NCBI GenBank assembly: GCA_951406725.2
Contig: OX597830.1
Location: 56,172,001 to 56,236,000 of the forward strand
Origin: Octopus vulgaris
Lineage: Eukaryota
DNA: 64,000 nucleotides
Reading direction: 5' to 3'
Positions 36,742-49,640 of this stretch are shown piece after piece; the stretch's first letter is position 1; the number at the start of each line of letters is the position of its first letter. The translations under genes were made by a program, and so were the position numbers. Under the pieces are notes generated by a model. The model had not been told where the DNA came from. It made no database searches and was given only the letters and a program-made list of their open reading frames with translations.

Positions 36742-39399
36742 GTCAGTTAATTAGTGTTGAACAGCCAACTTTGTTATTGTTGTTTTTTTTCATCATTTCC
36801 AAAATTGTCACTTTCTTCACTCAGAGATTGGTCCCTATATGGTCAGCCAACCTTCTAGAAATTGCTGCTATATTTCCCACATATCACTACTGTAATGCAT
36901 TTCACTGTAGGCCTGTTAGATCTGGTCTGGGACTAAACAGTAAACCCAACAACTTGTGCTGGTATTGTTTTGGCAGAACCATTTGAGCATCAGGCCTTTT
37001 TTCCAGTCTTGTACATTCTGAATTCAAATCCTGCTTAGGTACCGAGGTCGATTCATTTGACTAAAAATTCTTCAAGGTGCCCCAGCATGGTTGCAGTCTA
37101 ATGACTGAATCAAGTGAAAGATATAAAAGATAATCATTTCCTTTCACCTCTCTGGGGTCAATAAAATATAGTACCAGTCATGTACTGGGATCAGTGTTAT
37201 CAAGTATCAAAACTGATCTTTTTGTACCTAAATCAAAAATAATTATTGTTAGGTCTAGAATTGTGATAGTCAGCTGAGGATAATATGATGATGGTGAAGA
37301 TGGCAGTAATGATGATAGTGGTGGTGGTTGTAGCAGCGGTAGTGGTGATGATGGTGGAGGAGGAGGAGGAGAAGACCAGTGATGATAATGATGACAGTGG
37401 TATTTTTTTGTTTGATCAGAGAATGATGATAGAAAAGTCAGAAGAGAGAACATTGCTGGAGAATCATTTCTTTGAAGGAATGAGAATCAAATATTTATGG
37501 CAGTGTTGATCATATCATCATCATCATCATCATCGTCTAACGTCCATTTTCCATGTTAGCATGGGTTGGACGGTTCGACCGGGGTCTGAGAAGTCAGGAG
37601 GCTGCACCAGGTACCAGTCTGATCTGGCAGTGTTTCTACAGCTGGATGCCCTTCCTAACGCCAACCACTCCATGAGTGTAGTGGGTGCTTTTTACGTGCC
37701 AGGTGAGGCTGGCAACAGTCATGATCGGTTGGTGCTTTTTACGTGCCACCAGCATGGACTAGCCTTGAAAATATAGATGCATATGTACACACACACACAC
37801 CTCTGTATGTGTACACACACACACACCTCTGTAGAACATATCTACATGTATATATAAATGCCCATTGATATATGTATGTGTGTTAACTTGGGTATACATG
37901 TGTATGTATTCTCACAGACAAACATATTTAAGTAAGCAAAAAATATGTATGTTTGTATCTGTGCATGTGCATCACAAGTCAGTGGTAGCAGCTGTCCATT
38001 GTAAGTCCATGTTGACTGTTCTGTTCAGAAATCATGTCTGGCAAGCTTGCATGTGGGTTACAAGGCCTGTTCTTCACCTACAGCAACGATGACATCAGCG
38101 GCAGGTGAAGTTATTTGACACAACAAAGAAGTGACACCTCTCATATCCTCTTTTGTATTCTTTCTGTTGCTTCTCCTCATTGGCTAGAATTACAAGCTTC
38201 AGCAATCCGCACCATTCATTATGCTGCAGGGCCTTTAGGTGTCTGGAATTCTTCTTATGTCTCTTCAGCACAACCTTGTACCAAACCTCTGGCCACCACA
38301 GTGGTATCACATGTAGACATTGTCTGTTTGTCTGTCTGTCCATCCATCCATCCATCCCTCTGTCTGGCAAGCCATCCGTCTGCCCGACTGTCTGTACAAT
38401 GTGAAGCATGATGCATAACTGAGCTTAGTAGTAGGTCCCACACTTGATTCCTATATCTGGTGCTGTATGATGCAGAGCATCAAACTATGGGATAGACTTC
38501 TCTGCAGAACATGAGCCATATAATAACTTGAATTAACAAGATTATATTTCAACAACTGGTTATGTAATCTAGGCTGTAATTTGCTGAAAGATGTATGTTT
38601 TATATAATATAAAATACTATATATATTTTCTGTATTTTATTAATGTTATATATATATATATGTAATCAAAAATAAGCAACAAGAACGACTCCAGTAATTT
38701 GGTACAATTGTTTCGCACTACATCATTTTATTAAAAGTTGTAAGTATTATATATATATATTTATGTGTGTATGTGTGTGTGTATATATATATATATATAC
38801 ACACACACATTTCGTTTTTGTATCTGGTTTGCAAGATCCCTTGTGTGAATTTGTGTGTTGAAACAAATTTTGTTGTGTCTGGGAAGAATCATAGTGCCTT
38901 AATACACAAGTTCAATTTCTACTCACTGGTGGCATGTGTAAAAACATTTGAGCGAGGTCATTGCCAGTACTGCCTAACTGGCCCCCATGCTAGTGGCACG
39001 TAAGAGCACCCACTACACTCTCAGAGTGGTTGGCATTAGGAAGGGCATCCAGCTGTAGAAAGTCTGCCATATCAAGATTGGAGCCTGGTGCAGCCATCTG
39101 ATTCAGCCCTCAGTCAAAATCGTCCAACCCATGCTAGCATGGAAAGCGGACATTAAACGATGATGATGATGATATTCTTTCTATTTAAGGCTGCCCTCAC
39201 AATTTTCTGTCCAGAAGGATTTTTCAACCCAATTTTTTACATGCTATTCTTTAAAGCTGCATGTGGTGTGCTTCAAAAACAAATATCAAAAAAAGAAAAT
39301 TAAAAAACATTCATATTTACTCAGAAGTTTATAAAATTCTTATGATGTCAACACACACACACACGTAATAATTATAAGTGTTTTTGTTTTCTCTTATAG

Positions 39400-39468
39400 A
39401 TCTGCACATTTATTTTCTGTAGAAGAACTTGGGGAGCAGTCAATGGATGAAGAAGAATTGTTTACAAC
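39400..39468 (+). CDS. DENND11: DENND11 short exon (SAHLFSVEELGEQSMDEEELFT)
   Basis: ttatag acceptor, gtatgt donor, 69 nt, phase 2-2. The acidic segment fits the EEDLF region and keeps frame into the last exon. Confidence 0.85.
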
Positions 39469-39894
39469 GTATGTAGAATGTCTATTTTTGTTCTTGTTTT
39501 TACCATAATTATTTGATTTGCTCTGATGTAGTGTGTGTGTGTGTATGTTTGTGGATGCTTGGATTCTTGGGTTCTGGCAGTATTTATGTGTGTGTTTGTT
39601 GTTATTGTTTCATCACAGGTCAGGCCTAAAGTCAGACATTCCAGCCATGACCATCGTGTCTTTCTTTATGTTATATATAGAATCACATTATCCAATGTGT
39701 ACTTCTTCTTTAAAAGCAGTGAGGTGTGATTTAAAGTACATTTGGCTGCTATTTCTAACCGCTCAAGCAACTACATAAAAGCTACCTTGTTGGCTCCCAT
39801 CAAGAGATGTTGTCATCTAGCCTTAAGTCAGCTTTGATGAAGCAAACCTTTGATCATAAACATTCCACTTGTGACCACCTTGGCCTTTGCATCA

Positions 39895-40370
39895 TCAAGA
39901 AGTGCTGCTGTCCAATTGTAGAGGGAACATGTGGAAGGGGTAGATCCTGGGAGACATGAGCCAAAGTGGTGAGAAAGGATCTTAAGATATTGGGCCTCAC
40001 AGAGAGGATGATAAGGGATCTAGACCTCTGGTGGTTTGCTGTGCTTGAGAAAACATGTCAAGCAAAGTGGGATTGTGGTTGTCCTTGCATACAGGCATGT
40101 CCCCTGCATACCCCTCAGCTGAGCAATCCTAATCTTGCAAGTTCATGGGTGCTGGTGCCACATAAAAAGCACCCATGCTGGTGCTGCGTAAAAGCACCCA
40201 GTACACTCTGTAAAGTGGTTGGTATTAGAAAGGGCATCCAGCTGTGGAAACCATGCCAAAACAGACATGGAGCCTGGGCAGCTCTTCAGTTGGCCAGCTC
40301 ATGTCAAACCATCCAACCCATACCAACATGGAAAACGGACGTTAAATGATGATGAGGATGATGATGAGGA
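39895..40370 (+). mobile_element. RTE LINE 3' end with its UTR and (GAT)n tail
   Basis: VEGTCGRGR..VVRKDLKILGL..WWFAVLEKT runs into the same 3' sequence as the GAT-tailed repeat family. Confidence 0.75.
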
Positions 40371-40614
40371 AAAAGACCAGTAGAATAAGTACTACATTAA
40401 AAAAAAGGTCCTGGAATTGATTTGTTCAACTAAAACCTTTCAAGGTGGTACCCCAGCATGGTCACAGTCAAATGACTGAAACAAAAGATAAAAGATAAAA
40501 GAATATATAAAAAGACAGGCTTCTACACAGTTTCCATCTACCAAATACACCCACAAGGCATTGGTCAGTCCAGGGATAAAGTAGAAAAAACTTACCCAAG
40601 GTATTGTACAGTGG

Positions 40615-40838
40615 GCGGCGAGCTGGCATAAACGTTAGCATGCTGGGCGAAATGCGTTTCGTCTGCCGTTACGTTCTGAGTTCAAATTCCGCCAAGGTCG
40701 ACTTTGCCTTTCCTCCTTTCTGGGTCGATAAATTAAGTACCAGTTATGCACTGGGGTTGATGTAATCAACTTTATCTGTTTGTCTGTCCTTGTTTGTCCC
40801 CTCTGTGTTTAGCCCCTTGTGGGTAGTAAAGAAATAGG
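40615..40838 (+). mobile_element. SINE family A nested in a family C SINE, with long TSD
   Basis: GGTATTGTACAGTGGG occurs at both ends (40600-40615 and ~40837-40852). Confidence 0.88.
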
Positions 40839-41442
40839 TATTGTACAGTGGGACTGAACCTGAAATCAACATGTTGCCAAAGCAAAAGCAGTGAAGGTGG
40901 TAAGATTTTAGGGAGATTTGTCAGCTAGTTCAGTCATATGGTCATAGTGCTATATAACCTTATTTATCACCATTGTTTATGATGTCCTTGTTGTGATGTA
41001 TTGTAGTGACCTACCCTAACTCACAACATATTCTGCTGTTATTCTCTAATAAAGCCATTTTGTTCTGGCTACTAAAACCCAATGTCAAAGAATGTGTTTG
41101 CTGCCATAGTAACAGCCTCTTATCAGCCAACTGCTTCATAGCTTTTATTATTTCTTGTATTCTCTTAGCACTTCTATCACAGTTCTATTATTATTATTAT
41201 TATTATTATCATTGTTATTTTTATTGTTCTTTTCTTTCATTCCATCATATATTCCATATTTATCTTATTGATTATCTTCCTGATTAAGAAGGAAAAAGTA
41301 GTAAGCAAAACACAGGACGGGTGCTGGGTGGGTGTTGTTATGGTGGTGGGCATGACTGGGTGCGGAGGGATGAACAGGTGGTGTGGTGGGGGAGTGAAGT
41401 AGTCAGTCAGTGTTGACAAAATAAAATTACCTATACACACAC

Positions 41443-41478
<36 letters not shown>

Positions 41479-41607
41479 ATGCACACATAAGCATGCATTA
41501 TATATATATATATACATACACACACATACACATACAAACATATATATATGTAAATATGTGTATACATCCTTCATCAATTATATATATTTATATGTGTGTG
41601 TGTTTGT

Positions 41608-41643
<36 letters not shown>

Positions 41644-43220
41644 CTGGAAAGGTCTGCTTAGCCTCCACTTCTAGTCAGCAGACATTGATTTTTTTTTTTT
41701 TTTTTGCTTTACCCCTTTACTATATATATCTTTTGTCCTCCCTTGCCTCCCGCATAGAAAGGGGGAGTAGTATCAGCTGACTACTACTACTACTACTACT
41801 ACATAAGCTTTTATTCGTTTATGCATATTTCTTTTAGGTTTTTACCTTGTTTTAAATATATACTTAATGAGGTGTGTAGAGAGGTAGAACTTGTACTTTT
41901 ATCTTACATTCTACAATGATGTATGTATGTATGTATGGATGGATGGATTTGTTTATGTGATGTGTGTATGGATGAGTGGTAGGTGTGTTTGATTTTTGTT
42001 CATTTCTGTTAGTTTCAGAGATCATTAATTAATTTTCTAGTGAATCAATTAAAACTCGTCTACGTGGAGCTAGAGTATTGATTGATAAACCAGAAGTCCA
42101 ACAGTGGATACATTGAAGTAGATTGTTGGGTGATACTGATGTAATTAACTGTAATTAAAACTGGGGCTTTCATCGCAATTTCTAGTAATATGTGAGATTC
42201 ACTGAAGTATATATATCTATATATACCTCAACTTTCATGTGTCAGATTCAGCCATTGAAGGGCATCTCTTTCCCTTTCTCTTCTCTTATCTCCTTTCGTC
42301 TTTTGCTTCCTTCTGGACAGGAATGCTGTGCTTTAAAGTTTTTCTCAAGAAAAGATTTCAACTGAACTGGCATACAACCAAATCAGAGAATTGTCTTTTT
42401 TTTTTTTTATCGTTTACTTGTTTCAGTCATTGGACTGTGGCACAGCTGGGGCACCACCTTGAAGTGTTTAGTCAAACAAATTGATCCCAATACTTTTAAA
42501 AAAAAACAAAAACCTGGTACTTATTGCATCATTTTCTTTTGCGGAACCTCTAGATTATGGAACATGAACAAACCAACAACGGTTGTTGGTGGTGGTGGTG
42601 GTGGGGGCAAACACACACATACATACATGGACAGTAGAGGTTGGTTCAGTCCTCTGGTTTGCCAGATCCTGTCAAGCCATTCAATCCATGCCAGCATGGA
42701 AAAACGGACATTTATGATGATGATGATGATACACATATACAACAGGCTTCTTTCAGTTTCTACCTGCCAAATCCATTCAGAAATCTTTGGTCAACCAAAG
42801 ACACTTGCAGTGGAATTGAACCCAGAACTGTATAGTTGAGAAGCAAACACCTTACCACACAGCCATGCTTGTGCCTTCATACTCAGTATTTTCATGTCTT
42901 CTTATCGTCATCGTTGTTTTAATGTTTGATACTTCAAGTTGACAGGAGTTGGACAGGTGTGTCATACAGTAGCACATTCCCATTTGTCATATCATCATCT
43001 CTCTTTCTCACTCACTCACTCTCTCTCTCACCCAACATCCCCAAATTTTGAGACCCAATCTTTCCTTCTTACGCTGGTTATCTTAGGAAGAGCATCCAGC
43101 TATCTTAGGAAGAGCATCCAGCTATAGAAATCCTGTGAAAGTTGATGTTGTGGTATGATGCAGCCCTGTGGCTCACTAGATCCTGTCAAAACATCTGACC
43201 CATGTTGAGAATAAAATGCC

Positions 43221-43288
<68 letters not shown>

Positions 43289-45053
43289 CGTGCATGCATG
43301 CATGCGCATGCGTGCGTGTGTGCGTGTGTGTTTCCTTATGCAGTAGTTTCTTTTATTGTTTCCTTAATGTGAAAGTGTGCAAGTTAATACAGGGATCAGA
43401 ACACCAGAATTAGTATTTGTATTGATAAGAAAAAGGAAGTATTAAGACAAATTTCCTTGGTTTATATCTCAGTTCTTCCAAAATCAATAAATCAACAATC
43501 AGATCGAGTAAAAACACATCCTGTTATTTTCTGACCCTAGAAAACAACAGGATGTGTAGATCAACACTGATCCAAACTGAACTATGTTAAAAAATGTCTC
43601 CAGCTGTGTCTTTTTTTAAAATATAAAATGGTTTGATTTATGAGGGATTTAGCTACTATTGCTTGCAAATGAAGAGATTCCCTGTTTAGCTTGCCAGATA
43701 TTTGGTGTAATTTAGTATCTTTTAGCTTTAAACTCAGTTGATTACTTGTAGTCATTACCTCCTGGACATTATGGAAACTACAATAAACCCTAGATCCATC
43801 AGCTGAGTTGAAGCTTGCTAAAGTTTATATCAATGAAAATATGTATGGGATTAGGGCATTCTAAATAATGACCCTCAAAATAACTGTAAAGAGACTCTTT
43901 AATTACATATTTTTACATAGACAAGGTGCTATGTAAAAAGCAAATGCCAGTGCCATGTAAAAGGTATCTGTTCCTGGGTCATAGTTAAGTTAAGTCATGT
44001 AGAAGCACCTCTGCTGGTACCACATAAAAAGCACTCCGTACACTCTGCAAAGTGGTTGGCATTAAGAATGTCATCCAGCTGTAGAAACCATGTCCAAACA
44101 GCTGGAACCTGGTGCAGCTCTTTATCTTGCCAGCTCTATCCAAACCTATTTCTTTACTACCCACAAGGGGCTAAACACAGAGAGGACAAACAAGGACAGA
44201 CAAACGGATTAAGTCGATTATATCGACCCCCAGTGCGTAACTGGTACTTATTTAATCGACCCCGAAAGGATGAAAGGCAAAGTCGACCTCTGCGGAATTT
44301 GAACTCAGAACGTAGCGACAGACGAAATACTGCTGAGTATTTCACCCGGCGTGCTAACGATTCTGCCAGCTCACCACCATCCAACCCATGCCAGCGTGGA
44401 AAACAGACATTACATGATGATGATGATGATGGGGATAAGGAGTCACTTTGTTGATAACTTAGTGACTCTGTTTCTAGTAACATTAAGGATTGGGCATAAG
44501 TAACCTCATATTGAATAACAATGGCTTTACATTAAAAACATGGTTTGAGGTACATAGGATATACTCAAAACATTTTAAAGGCTTTCTACTGGTATTATTA
44601 CTATTGATATTGTTGTTCTAGAGGTAGAGGTTGTCAGGAAAATCTAATTAAAATGTTTCAGGTTCTGTTACCCATATTTAACCTCAGAATACAAGTATAA
44701 TCTACCTATTGCTTTATCTAGGGTAAGCTGATAATGTATAATTGAAAGAGATGGGTGGGTGGGGGGAAGAATCATCACAAATGGGGGAGGGGAGCATTGG
44801 AACAGATTTCTAATTAAGGCTAAATAGTAATGTTGTAATGTTGCTTTCAAATTTTGGCACAAGGTCAGCAATTTTGGGAGAAGGGGTTTGTCGATTACAT
44901 CGCCCCCAGTGATCAACTGGTACTAGGATAAAAGGTACAGTTGACTTCAGCGGAATTTGAACTCAGAACATAAAGATGGATGAAATGCCACTAAGCATTT
45001 TGCCCAGTGTCCTAACAATTCTGCCAGCTCACTGCCCTAGTAGTGTTGTAATT

Positions 45054-45445
45054 TCTCTCTATATATAAAGCTGAAGTTGTCTGTGTGTGGCAGGTTTGGT
45101 AGCCTTCAACTAACACTATCTCCTCCGAGACCCTGCGGCACAAGTTGACCAAAATTGAAAGTATGATAGAAGAAGGCTTGCTCTTCCTTCTGTAGAAGAA
45201 AAAATTCAGATCGGACCATGTTAACACCAAAAATTATTTACATCATAAAGGTGATTTTTTCCTATGAAAATCCCTATTTTTTACGATTTTTTTACTGCTG
45301 TGTTGCCATTTTTCAGTGTATTTCAACCAGAAAAATGTTCACTTAAAGAGAATAACAAGCTACATAATGCAAAATTTTTACTTTTCAAAATTTTCAAGTC
45401 TAAAGGGTCGAAACAAACCCGAGCAACGCCGGGCGATATTGCTAG
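45054..45445 (+). mobile_element. Non-autonomous Helitron
   Basis: 5' TCTCTCTATATATAAAG, subterminal GC hairpin CCCG-AGCAACGC-CGGG (45418-45433), 3' CTAG followed by T. No TIR or TSD. Confidence 0.82.
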
Positions 45446-45558
45446 TATTGACTACAGTTATGTAAGTCTTCAGTGTATTTGAGCTTAATTACTAATTTCT
45501 GGCGACAAATTCTTAAATCTATTCATTTATTTATATATTTATTATTTTTATTTTTCAG

Positions 45559-45757
45559 GTTTTTTTCTGAACAAAACAATCGTTTGTTCCAAACCTTGTT
45601 AGATGTTTCATCGTCGCAGGATCGACAGTTGACATCTGACCACATGAAATTAATGGGACTTGACCCTATTGGTGATCGTATCTTCCTCATGGAACTTGTT
45701 GAACATTATGGTATTGATGTTGTTCTTATGGTTGATAATCCTTGCTGCCCGAAATAA
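45559..45757 (+). CDS. DENND11: DENND11 terminal coding exon ([65 protein letters not shown])
   Basis: ttttcag acceptor, TAA at 45755-45757. FF.EQNNR, MGLDP.GDR.FL and DNPCCP C-terminal motifs present. Confidence 0.95.
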
Positions 45758-46399
45758 AGCAGCATTCTTCTTTTACTTGTTCTTCATATTTTTTTCCCTT
45801 CCTTTTCTTTTCATATTCTTCATAGTCTTTGGTCAAAGAAAGACATATATCAGTTACTTTCTCTATTAAATCAAAAAGAACCATTCCATTGTTATAAAAC
45901 CCTCAAATTCCATGTTAATAGAATGACTGTTGATGATTAAACTATTTTGTTGTTTTTTTTAATTTTTTTTTTTTAGTTTTGTTTGTTTTAATAATGCATG
46001 AAAATTGGTGAGACAAACAGTATTGAATAATTTAACCGCCATACCATTTTGATATTTATTTTATTCCATTGTTTTGTTGTATTTCTTGCCTGGCATTGGT
46101 AGCAATAATCACCTGCAGAAGAAATCCACCCTCTGTCATCCCCACCTCAGCAATGTACTTGAGCAAATTTCATGTTTCAAGGTGGAACTGCGACCTCTGA
46201 TTTCTAGCATTTGTTCCCCGTAATGCTTGAACTAACAGATAATGAATTCAATCAAGAAGAAAATTGATTTTCATTTTTTTAAACCCCCCCCCCCCCTCAC
46301 TCTTTTTCCTCAACAGTCTGAATTATTTTGCTGTAAGTTATTTCATTGTTAACTATTTAAGAATTACTGTTTAGGAATTGACCCCCACCATCTCCTCAA

Positions 46400-46489
<90 letters not shown>

Positions 46490-47139
46490 ACTAACAATTC
46501 ACTAACAATGCACTAACAATTCTGCCAGCTTGTTAACTTTCTATTACTACTACTATCACTAATAATAATAATAATAATAATAATAATGGTTTCAAATTTT
46601 GACATAAGGCCGGCAATTTCAGGGCTGGAGGTAAGTTGATAACACTGATCCCAGTGTTTAGATGGTACTTATTTTACTGACCCCCAAAAGGATGAAAGGT
46701 AAAGTCAACCCTAGTAGCATTTGAACACAGAATGTAAATTCAGGAAATGCCACTACCAGCTTGCCACCTTAATAATAATAGTAATTAATATTATTTTTCC
46801 ACAGTGCATGAGTCACACGCATATGAAAATACAATAAAGTACATAATACATAATATAATTACAACATTTATAAAACATTTATATTACATATATAATACAA
46901 ATACAATGACACAGAATCCTTAATACATGTTGTCAAAATTACAGTGAACCAGTTATTGGTCTATTTTAAGCCTGTAAACAATGACGCTTGTTCATCATGT
47001 GTGTTGTAAAATAGAAATAAACAAACAAACATGCTAGATTAGTAGTAACCCAAATACCTTCAGTAAAATAATACTGTTCGTATACAAGCATGCATGTGCA
47101 CACACAGACACACACACACAGATTGTTGATTATAGATGT

Positions 47140-47753
47140 CTACCTGGTGTTTCATTGCTGTGAAGAAATTTTAGGAAATTCTGAAGGACCTAGCCATTGA
47201 GTTACAGAGGCCATGGAAAGTGCAAGTAAAATATATACCTGTTGTTATAGGTGCATTAGGAACTATTCCTAAAGATTTCAGTGAATGGGTAGAATGAAAT
47301 AGGCATAAGACCAAGTTTAGTGCAGCTCCAGAAAACTGTTGTTTGGGACAGCTACAATACTTAGGAAGGTTCTTGGCATCTAAGGTTAGTTATTGTAGCC
47401 CAATGGTAAGAATTTTTTTCAAACTGTCTAATCTTTTGTGTATATATGAAATATTAATAATGATGATGATGATGTGGAAAATACGGAGGTTGTGGTCAAT
47501 GAGGAGAGTAGACGTGATACCAATAGTAATTGGTGCACTTGGAAGTATCAGCACTCAACTACCAACATGGCTGAAAAAGAATTAGTGCAAGTGTGAAGGT
47601 AGAACACCTACAAAATTCAGCATTGCTTGGAACTGCAAGAATTCTTCACAGGGTTCTTGAAGCATGATCAATAAACAAGTGTCATCTTGGTCTGCTGGCT
47701 GTGGACAGCTGATATGTCCCATCATACCCAGCAAAATAAGCTGTGAGTTTTCC

Positions 47754-47790
<37 letters not shown>
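47140..47790 (+). mobile_element. Two tandem 3' fragments of R4/Dong-like RLE non-LTR retrotransposons
   Basis: Peptides DLAIELQRPWK..IPVVIGALGTIPK and RRLWSMRRVDVIPIVIGALGSIS..ALLGTARIL. They are followed by (TAA/TGA)n and (TAA)n tracts respectively. Confidence 0.78.
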
Positions 47791-47797
<7 letters not shown>

Positions 47798-47991
47798 CAA
47801 ATTTTGGTAGAAAGTCAGCAATTGGCTGATTATATTGACCTCAGTTCTTGACTGGTACTTTATGTAGTTACCTCCTGAAAGGAAAGACAAACTTGGTTTT
47901 GGTGGCATTTAAACTCAGAATGTAAAGAGGTGGAAGAAATATTGCCAAACATTTTGTTTACCATGCTAATAATTCTGCCAGTTCACCACTT

Positions 47992-48164
47992 TAATAATAA
48001 TAATAACAACAATAATAATAATAATGATAATAATAACAATAATAATGATGATAATAATAATAATGATAATGATAATAATGATAGTAATAATAATGGTGAT
48101 AATAATAATAATAATAATAATGATTTTAATAATAATAATTTTAATAATAATAATGATAATAATG

Positions 48165-48195
<31 letters not shown>
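47992..48195. repeat. (AAT/GAT)n microsatellite
   Basis: Seen directly. Confidence 0.97.
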
Positions 48196-48196
<1 letters not shown>

Positions 48197-49482
48197 CTAT
48201 TTAAAAGCCATGGACACAACTTATTCCTCCTGACCAATTCGATAAAAAGAGGATAAGAGATGTGTTTATTATGTGATATACAGCTTATTTGTTTTGTGGA
48301 ACAAACTGTTATAGAAATGGGAGAAGAGAATGAGAGTGATAAAGAGACTGTGTGCAGGTGTGCTGTGATTACAGGTGTGCTAGTGAGTGCATCATTACTA
48401 ATTAGATAGATGACTCTTTTAAGAATGTGTGTTTGTGGCAAGTGCACCGTCACAGATATGTAGGCAGTAATCTATTATAGGTCCCACATGTGCCTTGCAG
48501 AAAAAGGTTCAGCAACTGTTCAGAGCTGCAATATCTCTATGTTATCCCTGAAGAGCTGCAATAAAATGTGATAATACTAAATTACCGTTTGTGGAATATA
48601 CTAACAGACAGTAGATACCAGTAGCAACCTAATGATGGAGTTAATGAAAAACTCTAAACCATTGCAAATAATTATTAGACTAATTAATAAAACTGATTAA
48701 AAGGCATTATACCTTTGAATTTTATTAGAATTTTAATTTATGTAAAGCTGTGATTTTTCTCTTTTTTTTTGTGGCAGGGAATAATTAATTAGGCTATTAA
48801 CCTCATTTTGTGAATTGGTATAATTATATTTGCTTACATGACATTGAATTTACAAGACTGTTTCACTGCCTTCAGGTATCATCTTTGTTGTCTAATTAAA
48901 TCTGAATTACCAAAGTACTCAAGATGAGATTAATATCACAATTAATAATCTTTTATTGAAAAACAATTATCTACCCACCCCCATTTCCCCATGTTTAATG
49001 AAAGAAGAAAACAAAAAAAAACCCAAAAGCAACTTTTTGATTAATCTTTTTATTAAAGTCAAGTCAAAATTATGTTTATAAATATGATATTGTCACCAGG
49101 TATTTTAGAAATTCTGAAATTGTGGAAAATTTCACTTCCTATTTGATTTAAAGAGTACTAATTATAAAACTCTGCACATACATTTTTAAAGAATGATTAC
49201 TGTTATATTAAAATAGTTATTTTGTTTAATGAGTAAGGCAAAATTGCAGAAAAGGGAATAAATGTAATAACCTTTTCATCAGAAAGGCTCAATATCAGAA
49301 GTAAACAAACACAGAATTATCATTCTATTCAGATACTGGCCATGTTGATTGTGGTCAAGCCAGCAGAAATAGATGGGCTGGTTGTATGAGGGGAAGTGGA
49401 ATCGGTGGCATCCATAACTTTCAGTGTCTATGTAAATGGTGGAGCAGCAGTGAGTGATCAGTGATTATGATAACAGTGACAG

Positions 49483-49640
49483 CAGGGGTAGACTGAGAGT
49501 ATTAAGGGCCCTCAGGCATAACTGTTTACTGGGCCCTTTTGAATGTGTGTTGTAGTAGAGTTAACATGTAGAGTGTAGGCCCCTCAGAGCTCCGAGCTCT
49601 CAAGCAGTGCCCAGTTGACCGACGGCTCAGTCCTCCCCTG
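49483..49640. mobile_element. hAT-type MITE, 158 bp
   Basis: TIR CAGGGGTAGACTGAG / CTCAGTCCTCCCCTG and an 8-bp TSD AGTGACAG / AATGACAG (7 of 8 match). Confidence 0.8.

Noticed and set aside
47930-48453. Poly-N, poly-L and poly-I ORFs
   Set aside because: Artefact of an (AAT)n microsatellite.
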